A stretch of 60,000 nt of DNA. It comes from Mobula hypostoma. Its lineage: Eukaryota. Below, piece by piece: positions 37,770 to 50,871 of the stretch (its first letter is position 1; each line of letters begins with the position of its first letter). Both the position numbers and the translations under genes were made by a program. Location: the NCBI RefSeq assembly GCF_963921235.1, contig NC_086107.1:114578001-114638000 (forward strand). The letters run 5' to 3'. The notes under the pieces are model-generated. The model did not search any database, was not told where the DNA came from, and was given only the letters and a program-made list of their open reading frames with translations.

Positions 37770-39815
37770 TCTCCTGGGGTCAGACACAGAGTGACACTCT
37801 CTCCACACCGTCCCGTCACACTTTATAGGGTCGGACACGGTGAGGCTCCAATCACACTGTCCCATCACACAAACCTGGGGTCAGAGACAGAGTGACACTC
37901 TCTCCACACCATCCCATCACACACTCCCGGGGTCAGACACAGAGTGACACTCTCTCCACGCCGTCCCATCACACACTCCCGGGGTCAGACACAGAGTGAA
38001 GCTCCCTCCACACCGTCCCATCACACATTCCCGGGGTCAGACACAGAGTGAAGCTCCCTCCACACCATCCTGTCACACAAACCTGGGGTCAGACACAGAG
38101 TGACACTCTCTCCACACCGTCCCATCACACACTCCCGCGGTCAGACACAGAGTGAAGCTCCCTCCACACTGTCCCATCACACACTCCCGGCATCAAGCAC
38201 AGAGTGACACTCTCTCCACACCGTCCCGTCATACTTCATAGGGTCGGACACAGTGAGGCTCCAATCACACCGTCCCATCACACACTCCCGGGGTCAGACA
38301 CAGAGTGAAGCTCCCTCCACACTGTCCCATCACACACTCCCGGGGTCAGACACAGAGTGAAGCTCCCCCCACACCGACCCATCACACATTCCCGGGGTCA
38401 GACACAGAGTGAAGCTCCCTCCACACCATCCTGTCACACACTCCCGGGGTCAGACACAGAGTGAATCTCCCTCCACACCGTCCCATCGCACACCCCCGGG
38501 GTCAGACACAGAGTGAAGCTCCCTCCACACCGTCCCATCACACACTCCCGGGGTCAGACACAGAGTGACACTCTCTCCACACCGTCCCATCACACACTCC
38601 CGCGGTCAGACACAGAGTGAAGCTCCCTCCACACTGTCCCATCACACACTCCTGGGGTCAAACACAGAGTGACACTCTCTCCACACCGTCCCATCACACA
38701 CTCCCGCGGTCAGACACAGAGTGAAGCTCCCTCCACACTGTCCCATCACACACTCCCGGGGTCAAACACAGAGTGAATCTCCCTCCACACCGTCCCATCG
38801 CACACCCCCAGGGTCAGACACAGAGTGAAGCTCCCTCCACACCGTCCCATCACACACTCCCGGGGTCAGACACAGAGTGACACTCTCTCCACACCGTCCC
38901 ATCACACATTCCCGGGGTCAGACACAGAGTGACACTCTCTCCACACCGTCCCATCACACACTCCCGGGGTCAGACACAGAGTGAAGCTCTCTCCACACCG
39001 TCCCATCACACATTCCCGGGGTCAGACACAGAGTGAAGCTCCCTCCACACTGTCCCATCACACACTCCCGGGGTCAGACACAGAGTGAAACTCCCTCCAC
39101 ACCGTCCCATCACACACTCCCGGGGTCAAACACAGAGTGAATCTCCCTCCACACCGTCCCATCGCACACCCCCGGGGTCAGACACAGAGTGAAGCTCCCT
39201 CCACACTGTCCCATCACACACTCCCGGGGTCAGACACAGAGTGAAACTCCCTCCACACCGTCCCATCACACACTCCCGGGGTCAAACACAGAGTGAATCT
39301 CCCTCCACACCGTCCCATCGCACACCCCCGGGGTCAGACACAGAGTGAAGCTCCCTCCACACCGTCCCATCACACACTCCCGGGGTCAGACACAGAGTGA
39401 CACTCTCTCCACACCGTCCCATCACACATTCCCGGGGTCAGACACAGAGTGACACTCTCTCCACACCGTCCCATCACACACTCCCGGGGTCAGACACAGA
39501 GTGAAGCTCTCTCCACACCGTCCCATCACACACTCCCGGGGTCAGACACAGAGTGACACTCTCTCCACACCGTCCCATCACACACTCCCGGGGTCAGACA
39601 CAGAGTGAAACTCCTTCCACACCGTCCCATCACACACTCCCGGGGTCAGACACAGAGTGAAGCTCTCTCCACACCGTCCCATCACACACTCCCGGGGTCA
39701 GACACAGAGTGAAGCTCCCTCCACACCGTCCCATCACACACTCCCGGGGTCAGACACAGAGTGAAGCTCCATCTGCATCATCCTGTCACATACTCCTGGG
39801 GTCAGATACAGACTA
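37770..39815. repeat. 52-bp minisatellite, about 39 copies (degenerate copies at 40350-40510)
   Basis: Unit cccggggtcagacacagagtgaagctccctccacaccgtcccatcacacact. Confidence 0.97.
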
Positions 39816-39844
39816 AATTTTCCTCTGCAGTATCCTGCCACCTA

Positions 39845-40345
39845 CCTACAGGAAATTATGTAAATAAGGTTTAAGGAGTAGTGAAAATTTAAAAGGATGT
39901 TGCCAGGTCTGGAGGACCTAAGTTCTAATGAAATATTACATAGGTTAAGACTTTATTTCTTGGAACGTAGAAGATTAAGAGGAGATTTGATAGAGTTATA
40001 CAAAATTATGAGGGGTATAGATATGGTCAATGTAAGCAGGCTTTTTCCACTTAGGTTTGTTGGGACAATAACCAGAGGTCATGGATTAAGGGTGAAAGGT
40101 GAAAAGTTTAAGGGGAAGATGAGGGAAAACCTCTTCACTTGGACGGTCATGAGAGTGTGGAATGAGCTGCCAGTTCAAGTGGTGCATGGAAGCTCGATTT
40201 CAACCTTTAAGAGAAGTTTGGATAGGTAGATAGATGGTGGGGGTATGGAGGGCGATGGTCGCAGTACAAGTCAATGGGAGTAGGCAGTTTAGCACTGACC
40301 TGCAGGGTCAAATGGCCTGTTTCTGTGCTGTACTTTTCTATGACT
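39845..40345 (+). mobile_element. CR1 3' fragment
   Basis: LERRRLRGDLIELYKIM..TRGHGLRVKG..WNELP. Confidence 0.85.
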
Positions 40346-40559
40346 CTACACTCCTGGCGTCAGACACAGAGTGAATCTCTCTCTGTGGCGTCCTGTCACA
40401 TCCTGTCAGGCATAGAGTGAATCTCACTCTGCACCTCGTCACACTCCCGGGGTCAGACTCAGGGTGAAGCTCCATGCACAGGATCATGTCACACACTCCC
40501 GGGACACGGACCATCCCAGCTGCGGTACAGAGCACGGTACAACCAACCCCAGCCCGTAC

Positions 40560-40695
40560 CTGCCTGCTCGTTGGCTGCCAGGTTCTGCTCAAACTCGATC
40601 CGCAGCATCTCGTACTCCTTGCGCACCTGGGCCAGTGTGTCCTCCAGCTGGATCACCTCTGTCCGCAGCTTTTTCTGCAAGTTCAGCTCGTCACT
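40560..40695 (-). CDS. RNF40: RNF40 coding exon 10
   Basis: [45 protein letters not shown](G); AG/GT; 136 nt. Confidence 0.95.
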
Positions 40696-41423
40696 CTGGG
40701 GTGGCGAGCCGAAAGACAGAGGTGTAAAGAGGGAGGGGAGGGGAGGGAGTGAGGAGGTGGGGTGGGGGTGAGAGTAAGGGGAGGGCAAAGGAGAGGGTTG
40801 GACGTGAGGGAAGGCAGGAGAATTGAGGGCAGGTTAGACGGATAGAGGGGAGAGGGAGAAGGGGAGAGATGGGAGGCGGAGAAGGGGAGGAAGGGGGTGA
40901 AGAGGGATATGGGAATGTTGAGGAGAAGGAGAATGAGGGAGAGGGTGAGAGTGCGACAAGGGTCAGCCCATGTTGGTTGACTAGAACTGCACACAATAGT
41001 ACCCCACTCTGCTAGTCCCAACTCCTTGCATTAGGCCTGTCCTGCCATGCTTTTTAAATGCTTCTATCATACCTGCCTCAACCACTTCACCTCAGGCGAA
41101 AGTCCTTTACCCTTGGGAGAAGACTTAACTTTAAATGTTTCTGTGAGGCAGCACCCTTGTAAATCTGATCTGCACCTTCTCCAGCTTGATGCTGTCTTTC
41201 CCTTAGCATGGTGACCAAAATCATATTCAATACTCCCAAAGTGCAGCCTCACCAACAACTGCAATGTAATGTCCCTACTCCTGAGCTTCCCCCTCACTCC
41301 TTCCTCATCCCCCTGCCTCCCTCTGTGACACCCCTTCCTCATTATCTGTACCCAAGCATACCACCCTTCCCACTCAGTGACACTCTACTCCTTGCTGCCA
41401 ACCCTCCTCAACACCGCCCTGAC

Positions 41424-41603
41424 CTCCATGTGCTCAATCTGGCGAAGGTGTGCATTCTTGGTGGTGAGTAGCAGGGCTCGAGCCTCATCCAGCTGCGTCT
41501 TCACCTGCAGGCTCTCATTGTAGAGCAGTGAGAACTGCGACTGCAGGCACTTGTATTCCGCCGTCTCCTTCACCACCTCCTCGGGGATGTTCCGCAGGTC
41601 AAT
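41424..41603 (-). CDS. RNF40: RNF40 coding exon 9
   Basis: [64 protein letters not shown]; 180 nt. Confidence 0.95.
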
Positions 41604-41799
41604 CTGCGTGCGAGGAAGAGACAAAATCACCTGGGCTCAGAAACCCAGCCCGAGGATGGCGCAGAAGCCAAGAGGGTCACCCGCCCCCACACACTTGGCA
41701 AAATACCACGCCTTCTGCCATAGAATAGCTGCACACACTTGCACTCCCTGGATGTCATGGCACAGGTGTCCCTGTTGGAGGTGGGCTGGAGGTCCCTGA

Positions 41800-42110
41800 T
41801 GGGGGAAGAGACTCCCTCTGTAACGGGGGTAATGGGGGAGAGAGACTCACTCTGTAATGGGGGTAATGTGGGAGAGACTCCCTCTGTAACAGGGGTAATG
41901 GGGGAGAGACTCACTCTGTAACAAGGGTAATGGGGGAGACACTTCCTCTGTAATGGGGTAATGGGGGAGAGACTTCCTCTGCAATGGGGTAATGGGGGAG
42001 AGAGACTCACTCTGCAACAGGGATGATGTGGAGGGACTCTATAACAGGTGTTGGGGGAGAAACTCACTGTGTAACAGGGGTTATAGGGGAAATACTCCTC
42101 TGTAACGGGG
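41800..42110. repeat. About 33-bp degenerate minisatellite
   Basis: Repeats of gggggagagactc(c/a)ctctgtaacaggggtaat. Confidence 0.85.
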
Positions 42111-42611
42111 TCACTGTCTGTACCAAAGTAAACTGATCACCGTCTGCCTGTGCGTGGTCCACCCCCCTCCCCCACTTTGTTTCTCTGCCTGTTTGTGCTC
42201 CTGTCTAAACAGCCTCTTGAACGTCTCTGTCGTATCTGCCTCCGCCACCATCCCTGGCAGCACAGTCCAACCACCCACTGTGTGTACAAAAAAACCCTCC
42301 GTTAATCTGTTTTCACATGTGCTCTGAGCTTCCCTCCACACAACTGGGTTCAGGAACAGCTACTTCCCTTCAACTGCTCAGTTCCTGAACCAACCGCCAG
42401 AACCTTAATCACCGCCTCAGTGTAGCAAACAGTGACCACTTTACTACACAATGGATTTTTAAATTCTAATGTGTCCTTTCTGGTAAAAGTTGTACATAAT
42501 TTCCGCTTTTCTTGTGAATGCTGCTGCAAATTTCTCATTGCACATGTCCTTGTGCAGATGAGTTGTCCACCCCTTGACAACACAAGACTAACTCACTCTC
42601 TCACAGCTCTG

Positions 42612-44348
42612 TGCGGAACCAAAGGAAATGGGGAAGATCTTAAATAGGTGTTTTGCATCTGTATTTACTAAGGAAGCTGGCATGAAATCTATAGAATTGA
42701 GGGAATCAAGTAGTGAGACCATGGAAACTGTATAGATTGAAAAGGAGGAGGTGCTTGCTGTCTTGAGGAAAATTAAAGTGGATAAATTCCCGGGACCTGA
42801 CAGAGTGTTCCCTCGGACCTTGAAGGAGACTAGTGTTGAAATTGCGGGGCCCCTGGCAGAAATATTTAAAATGTCGCCGTCTAAGGGGGAAGTGCCGGAG
42901 GATTGGAGAGTGGCTTATGTTGTTCCGTTGTTTAAAAAAGGATCGAAAAGTAATCCGGGAAATTATAGGCCGGTGAGTTTAACGTCAGTAGTAGTTAAGT
43001 TATTGGAGGGAGTACTAAGAGACAGAATCTACAAGCATTTGAATAGACAGGGGCTTATTAGGGACAGTCAACATGGCTTTGTGCGTGGTAGGTCATGTTT
43101 GACCAATCTGTTGGAGTTTTTCGAGGATCTTACCAGGAAAGTGGATGAAGGGAAGGCAGTGGATATTGTCTACATGGACCTCAGTAAGACCTTTGACAAG
43201 GTCCCGCATGGGAGGTTAGTTAGGAAAATTCAGTCGCTAGGTATCCATGGAGAGGTGGTAAATTGGATTAGACATTGGCTCGATGGAAGAAGCCAGAGAG
43301 TGGTGGTAGAGAATTGCTTCTCTGAGTGGAGGCCTGTGACTAGTGGTGTGCCACAGGGATCAGTGCTGGGTCCATTGTTATTTGTCATCTATATCAATGA
43401 TCTGGATGAAAATGTGGTAAATTGGATCAGCAAGTTTGCTGATGATACAAAGATTGGAGGTGTAGTAGACAGTGAGGAAGGTTTTCAGAGCCTGCAGAGG
43501 GACTTGGACCAGCTGGAAAAATGGGCTGAAAAATGGCAGATGGAGTTTAATACTGACAAGTGTGAGGTATTGCACGTTGGAAGGACAAACCAACGTAGAA
43601 CATACAGGGTTAATGGTAAGGCACTGAGGAGTGCAGTGGAACAGAGGGATCTGGGAATACAGATACAAAATTCCCTAAAAGTGGCATCACAGGTAGATAG
43701 GGTCATAAAGAGAGCTTTTGGTACATTGGCCTTTATTAATCGAAGTATTGAGTATAAGAGCTGGAATGTTATGATGAGGTTGTATAAGGCATTGGTGAGG
43801 CCGAATCTGGAGTATTGTGTTCAGTTTTGGTCACCAAATTACAGGAAGGATATAAATAAGGTTGAAAGAGTGCAGACGTGGTTTACAAGGATGTTGCTGG
43901 GACTTGAGAAACTCAGTTACAGAGAAAGGTTGAATAGGTTAGGACTTTATTCCCTGGAGCGTAGAAGAATGAGGGGAGATTTGATAGAGGTATATAAAAT
44001 TATGATGGGTATAGATAGAGTGAATGCAAGCAGGCTTTTTCCACTGAGGCAAGGGGAGAAAAAAGCCAGAGGACATGGGTTAAGGGTGAGGGGGGAAAAG
44101 TTCAAAGGGAACATTAGTGGGGGCTTCTTCACACAGAGAGTGGTGGGAGTATGGAATGAGCTGCCAGACGAGGTGGTAAATGCGGGTTCTTTTTCAACAT
44201 TTAAGAATAAATTGGACAGATACATGGATGGGAGGTGTATGGAGGGATATGGTCCGTGTGCAGGTCAGTGGGACTAGGCAGAAAATGGTTCGGCACAGCC
44301 AAGAAGGGCCAAAGGGCCTGTTTCTGTGCTGTAGTTTCTATGGTTCTA
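42612..44348 (+). mobile_element. 5'-truncated CR1/HER1-type LINE with uninterrupted RT reading frame
   Basis: 508-aa ORF with PGNYRPVSLTS, QHGF, GVPQGSVLGP, FADD, RGH motifs; tail tttctatggttctat; antisense in an RNF40 intron. Confidence 0.95.
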
Positions 44349-45210
44349 TCACAATCCCTGGAATGAAAGGGTTAAGGTGTGAGAAGCATTAGATGACTCT
44401 GGGTCATCAGAAGAATGGGGGGGGGGTTGGTGGGAGGGGGGGATCTCACTGAAACCTTCCAAATATTTGAGTGGCCTTGGAAAGGATGTTTCCAATACTG
44501 AAAGAGTCTAGTACCAGGGTGAACAGACTCAGAATACGAGGACATTCCTTCAGAACAAGAGATGAGGAGGATTTTCTTTAGCTAGAGTGTGGTGAATCTG
44601 TGGAAGCCAAGTTGTTGGGTATATTTAAAGTGGAGGTTGATAGGACGTCAAAAGTTGCAGGGAGAAGATAGAGAATGGGGTTGAGAGGTTAATAAATCAG
44701 CCAAGATGCAATGGTGGAACTTAATCAAATCAGATAGTAGGATTAACTTTGCAGACTATTCCAGTCCTCCGAATGCTTTTTCCAATAACCTCGCCACTGA
44801 AATGAAATCCACTTGCCTGTAATTACCTAATTTATCCCCTGGTGGGGTTGAGAGGGGTAACAGATCAGCCGTGATGGAATGGCAGAGTAAACTCGACGGG
44901 CTGAATGGCCTAATTCTGCTTATGGTCTTATCTGATGCTGCGCGGCTGTGATACTGATGCAGGTAAGCTTTTACATTGCACATGTACTTGAGCACAAGAC
45001 AATAAACTCCACTTTAAATGAGGCAATTGTCACTCAATCATTTATTATTTGCCATCTTCCTTTCCCGTCCTTTGCTGGGTCACTGGGTCTTGTCATACAG
45101 CTATAACATTGCCATGCATGGGGAGAGTTGCTCGGGCACAGTCAGTTTTCCCCCTCTGGGATACCCCTCACTCCCCAACTCCACAAGCCCCCCACACACT
45201 CCTTTCCTAC

Positions 45211-45330
45211 CTTCAACTTCTCATTCTCCCGCACAGCTTCCTGTAACTCCTGCTCCAGTTTTTCCAGCTCCGCCATCCGGCTGTTTGCCAGTTCCTTGTT
45301 CTCCTCCAACTCTGCATTCAGCATCTCGAA
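45211..45330 (-). CDS. RNF40: RNF40 coding exon 8
   Basis: [44 protein letters not shown]; 120 nt. Confidence 0.95.
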
Positions 45331-45959
45331 CTGCGAGGGTCGGGTGGGAAGATGCAGCAGAGGTCACCCCAATTGGTAGGGCCAAGAGTGAGGTGAAGAG
45401 ACCCCCTCCCTCAGCCCTTCTGTAAACCCAGCCTGCCTACACTTAATATTCAAACGTGCAAGAAAGTAAGAAACTGCAGAGAGTAGTAGACTCAGCTCAA
45501 TACATCATGGGCACATCCCTCCCCCACCATTAGCAATATCTACAGGAGATGCTGCCTCAAAGATCCCCACCATCGGGGCCATGCCATCTTCTCGCAGCTC
45601 CCTTTGGGCAGAACGTACAGAAGCCTGAAGTCCCACACCATTATGTTCAGGAACAGCTACATCCCTTCAACCATTCGGTTCTTAAACCAGATGGCCCGAC
45701 CCTAATCATTGCCTCAGTATAGCAACACCATGACCACTCGGCACTACAGTGGACTTCGTTTTCTGTTATCAAATTATGGTATTGCTTTGCACTGCTGTAA
45801 CTATATGTTATAATTATATGGTCTTGTCAGTGTTAGTCTTTGGTATGTCCTGTTTTTTTCGTGTTATCATTGTGGAGGAACATTGTATCATTTCTTACTG
45901 CATGCATTTCTAAATGACAATAAACGAGGACTGAGTGTCCTCATAATCTACTCTAATCT

Positions 45960-46772
45960 AATCGAGTATAGAGAGGAAATTAAGAACCTGGTGGCATGGT
46001 GCGAAGACAATAACCTATCCCTCAACGTCAGCAAGACGAACGAATTGGTTGTTGACTTCAGAAGGAGTAACGGACCGCACGACCCTATTTATATCGGTGG
46101 TGCGCAAGTGAAACAGGTCAAAAGTTTTAAGTTCCTCGGGGTCAATATCACAAATGACCTGACTTGGTCCAACCAAGCGGAGTCCACTGCCAAGAAGGCC
46201 CACCAGCGCCTTTACTTCCTGAGGAAGCAAAAGAAATTTGGCCTGTCCCCTAAAACACTCACTAATTTTTATAGATGCACCGTAGAAAGCATTCTTCTAG
46301 GGTGCATCACTACCTGGTATGGAAGTTGTCCCGTCCAAGACCGGAAGAAGCTGCAGAAGATCGTGAACACGGCGCAGCACATCACACAAAGCAATCTTCC
46401 GTCCTTGGACTCACTTTACACCGCACGCTGTCGGAGCAGTGCTACCAGGATAATCAAGGACACGACCCACCCAGCCAACACACTTTTCATCCCTCTTCCC
46501 TCCGGGAGAAGGCCCAGGAGCTTGAAGACTCGTACGGCCAGATTTGGGAACAGCTTCTTTCCAACTGTGATAAGACTGCTGAGTGGATCCTGACCCGGAT
46601 CTGGGCCGTACCCTCCAAATATCTGGACCTGCCTCTTGGTTTTTTGCGTTACCTTACTTTCTATTTTCTATTTATGATTTATAATTTAAGTTTTTAATAT
46701 TTACTATTGATTTGTACTTCAGATAGTGCAAAGCGCAGAATCAAATATCAGTTGTTTGGCGACAATAAAGTA
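45960..46772 (+). mobile_element. Rex1/L2-like LINE 3' fragment
   Basis: WCEDNNLSLNVSKT..FKFLGVNIT..KAHQRLYFLR..RFGNSFFPTVIRLL; ends at gacaataaag. Confidence 0.88.
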
Positions 46773-47299
46773 ATTGATAGAACACAGAACATTACAGCCC
46801 AGTACAGGCCCTTTGGCCCACGGTCATTTAACCTACTCTAAGATCAATCTAACCCTTCCCTCCCACACAACCTTCCAGTTTTCTTTCATCCATGTGCCTA
46901 TCTAAGAGACCTCTGTGTGGGAAGTGCCCTTCAGGTCCCCATTAAATCTCCTCCCTCTCATCTTAAACTCTCCAGATTCCCTAGCTTCTGGACTTTCCCA
47001 CTCAGAGGAAAAATACTGTGAACATCTACCTCAGACCACAGAACTTCATACAGCACAGTAGTGGTCCTTCGGTCCATTATGTTGCACTAATCTTTTAACC
47101 TACGCCACGATCAAACTCGTCCTTTCCTCCTATATAGCCATAACCCTCTATTTATCTTTCATCCGTTCGCCTAAGAGTTTCTTAAATGTCCTGAATGTAT
47201 CTGCCGCTACCACCGCCTCCAGCAGCGCATTCCATGCACCCACCACTCTGTGTAAAAATCCTACTTCTGATATCCCTCCCCTAAACGTTCCTCACTCAC

Positions 47300-47800
47300 T
47301 CTGAACCTTTGATACCATTATTAATCAAGAACCTAATAACCCCCACTTTAAGTATACCCAATGACTTGGACTGCACAACCTTCTGAGGCAACGAATTCCA
47401 TGGATTTATCACCCTCTGACTAAAGAAATTCCTCCTCATCCCTGATCTACAGGAACCTCCTATTCTGAGATTGTGCCCTCTGGTCCTAGATTTTCCCAAC
47501 ATTGGAAATATCTTCTCCACATCTGCTCTTTCTGGGCATTTCAATACTCAGTAGGTTTCAGTGAGATCCCCCCTCACTCTTCTGAACTCCAGGACTCGAG
47601 GCATCAAATGCTCCTCATACGTTAACCCTTAATTTCATGGAATCATTGTCACAAACCTCCTCTGGACTTTTTCCAACGCCAGTACATCCTTTCTTAGATA
47701 TGGGACTGAAACTGCTCGTTACTCCAAATGTGGTCCGATCAATGCCTTATAAAATCTCAGCATCATATCCCTGCTTTTATACTCTTTTGAACATAAATTC
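47300..47800 (-). mobile_element. Degraded CR1 3' fragment
   Basis: FPMLGKSRTRGHNLRI..RRNFFSQRV..WNSLP. Confidence 0.8.
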
Positions 47801-48072
47801 TAGTCCTGCTATAACAGAAAGCACTAGCCTTCCCAAAAGCCATCCCCTTCCCCACCTTAAAGGGATATCACCCAACACACCATGTAAATAAAACAGATGA
47901 CCCTCCTTTCTCCCCACATCTCAACAGAAGGATCAATAAATTAGAGTCTGCGAAGGGCAGCGAACACATGGCCCCGGAGGAACAAAATTGGGTCAGACCA
48001 ACACTGGGATACCCTACCGGGGGTCAGAGGAGATGGGCCTCACCCAGAATGGGGATGGAACGGGAAATTTAC

Positions 48073-48147
48073 CTTCTGTATGTGGAGCGTGATGTGTCCA
48101 CCCTGGAATCCACCGGATCCGCCTGACACGTGGTATCCTGTGTTCAG
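48073..48147 (-). CDS. RNF40: RNF40 coding exon 7
   Basis: LNTGYHVSGGSGGFQGGHITLHIQK; AG/GT; 75 nt. Confidence 0.93.
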
Positions 48148-48687
48148 CTGTTGGGGGGAGGGAGGAAATGGGGAAGGGGGAAGGGAGGGAGAGGGAGGAA
48201 AAGAGGGATCAGGGTGGGAAAGGAGGGAGAGGGAGTAAGAAGGGAGGGAAAGGGAAGAAGGGTAAGGAAAGGGAGGGAAGGGAAAAGGGAGTGTAAAAAG
48301 GGAAAGGGCACAAAAGAGGAGGAAAGGGGTTGGGGGGAGGTGTGATGGGGAATGGGAGGGAGAGGGGATGAAATAGGAGATGGAGGTAAAAAGGGGAGAG
48401 GTGGTAAAGAGATGGGCAGAGTGTAAATAGGGAGGGAGAGGAGGTAACAGAGTGAGTGAAAGGGAGGGAGAGGGGTGAGCGAGGGGGGAGTAAGGGGCAA
48501 GGGGAAAGGAGGGGGAAAGAGCAATGATTATTCTGCAGTTAACACAAGGATGTCCCTTTAGCACACAGAAGCAGAGGAATTTCTTTAGCTAGAGGGTAGT
48601 GAATGTGAGGAATTCATTGTCTCAGATGGCCGTGGAGGCCAAGTCGTTGGGTATACCTGTATTTAAAGTGGAGGATAATAGGTTCTT

Positions 48688-48868
48688 CACAAACACGAGG
48701 AAATCTGCAGGTGCTGGAAATTCAAGCAACACACATCAAAGTTGCTGGTGAACGCAGCAGACAAAGCAGCATCTATTGGAAGAAGTACAGTTGACGTCTC
48801 GGCCCGAAATTTCGACTGTACTTCTTCCAATAGATGCTGCCTGGCCTGCTGCATTCACCAGCAACTTT
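48688..48868. mobile_element. Short fold-back Penelope-type tail insertion
   Basis: Inverted arms of about 60 bp; 14-bp TSD gataataggttctt. Confidence 0.75.
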
Positions 48869-49121
48869 GATAATAGGTTCTTGATTAATAAGGGTGTTAA
48901 GGATAACAGGAAAAAGTCAGGAGAATGGGGTTGAGAGGGTACATAAATCAGCTGTGATCAAAATGGAGAGCAGAGTCAATGAGCTGAATGGCCTTACTCT
49001 GCTCCTGTCTACTTTGGACTTACAGACTTCCCAACTTGGATCCAGTAGCTGTAGGGACAGGGAAGGGAATGTGCCAGAAGGAGGATCTCCTCGCCCACCT
49101 GGCCACGCAGAAGGTACTCAC

Positions 49122-49268
49122 CTGCTCCAGCGCCTCAGCAAGATGCTTGTTGAGCTTCTGCTCACGCTTGCGAAGCTTCTCGATGTCCCACTGCAGGTCC
49201 TCGATGGTTGTCTCCATCTCCGACACCTTGGTCTCGGCGGACTGAACCTTGTCCTGCAGCTCATTGTA
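49122..49268 (-). CDS. RNF40: RNF40 coding exon 6
   Basis: [53 protein letters not shown]; 147 nt. Confidence 0.95.
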
Positions 49269-49462
49269 CTGTTGGTGGGGTGTAGAGAGGAAAAAGAGTG
49301 TGAGGGGAAGGGGAGGAATAGCAGGAGGAGGTAGGAGAGAGAGAGGGAGAAAGATGGAAAGGGATGGGGTGGGGGTTGAAGGAATTGGAAAGATGTGGGG
49401 TGGAGAGAGAAATATCAGATTAGTACATCAGAACCAGGAAGAGACACTTCAGTGCCCTGGGA

Positions 49463-50265
49463 CAATGTTCCCTCTAAGGTGACGGTGCACACACATCTTT
49501 TGTTACTAGCACACAAAAGAATTGAAATTGCACATAAAAGGATGTCACCCTCTACCTCGTTGGCATGTTAAGTATGTTTCACTATCATACACAATCACAT
49601 TTCCTTTTCCAGTTTCTGATATGGACCGTGTTGACAACGTGGAGTTTGCAATGATTGTCTGCAAATTTTAGAACTGGCTTATTTATACTGTTTTTATTGA
49701 AGAAATTATTGTTTCACTATGTCAAATTTCAAAGAAGCAAAGGGTGTGAAGCGGACAAGAACTGCTCGTGCATTTAAAATGGAAAGGCTCAATGAAGCAG
49801 TAGAAACTGCTACAGCAAAAGCCCACGAGGTCAGGAAAGTGCAGCTACGAGTAATATCTATGTACAATACAGAAACTGGTGTTACCTGTGTGTTGTTGCG
49901 ATACAAAAGCTGCTGGAGAATTTGCAAGTAGGAAGGAGTGGAGTGATATTTGGAAACTTGACTTTTTAAAGCGTAATTTAGCAAGCAAATCACTTATGGA
50001 TGGTGTGCGAAAGCTCTGGCAAGAAAATCCTTCATTACCCGGCACAGGCCTGCTACATATGTTTTACCAGAGTGCAAATGAATGAGAGCGAAAACGATCA
50101 AACCCAGAGGAAACCAAAGTCCTTATTGACAGCGTTTTGCTAGCTGTTAAAATGAATACCTCTATATTTAAAATTCAGTGCACACATGTTGTTGTCACTG
50201 GGCAAACAATTGCACAGCACAAGAGTTTTGCGCACAATGGTCATTATAAATTAGAGGGAACACTG
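49463..50265 (+). mobile_element. Internally deleted hAT-like DNA transposon
   Basis: TIRs caatgttccctctaa / ttagagggaacactg; 8-bp TSD c(c/t)ctggga; frameshifted ORF remnant with a possible Zn-finger-like N-terminus. Confidence 0.75.
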
Positions 50266-50871
50266 CTCTGGGACTGGTGGACACCACCAGGTCTGCAGCG
50301 TCTCCTAGACAAATCTCAGCACAAGAAAATGGTGGCAGACATAGATCCGTTCGGCCTCTCCCCTTGTCCTGTCACACTCCTCCACGTAACCGTGGCTGGT
50401 TTATGCTGCCCTCAGTGCCAGCTCCCTGTTGCACAGTGATCGTCCATCTTCCCAATGCCTTTACCCATGCACCGTCCACCACCACACACGGAACAGGGAA
50501 TATAGAACAGTATAGCACAGTAAAGGCCCTTTACAACGATGTTGTGCTGGAATTTTAACCTTCTCCAAGGTCAATCTAATCCATTCCTCCTAACAGCCCA
50601 TAGTCCTATCTACCCTAATTCTACCGCCACCCCTGGCAGTGCATTCTACACACCCACCACTCTGTAAAAAACTTACCTATGACATCCCCTCTATGCTTTC
50701 CTCCGATCACCTTCAAATTATGCCCCTTCATATTGACAATTGCCATGCTAGGAAAAAGGTGGGACCCATTCTATTGATGCCTCTTTTCATCTTAATACCT
50801 CCATCAAGTCACCTCTCATCCTCCGTTGTTCCGAAAGGAAAAGCCCAAGCTCACTCAACCTTTCCTCATAA

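Noticed and set aside
37770..39815. CRISPR-like array (also considered at 29190-29620 and 56308-57080)
   Set aside because: Contiguous tandem units with no unique spacers and no cas genes, in eukaryotic introns
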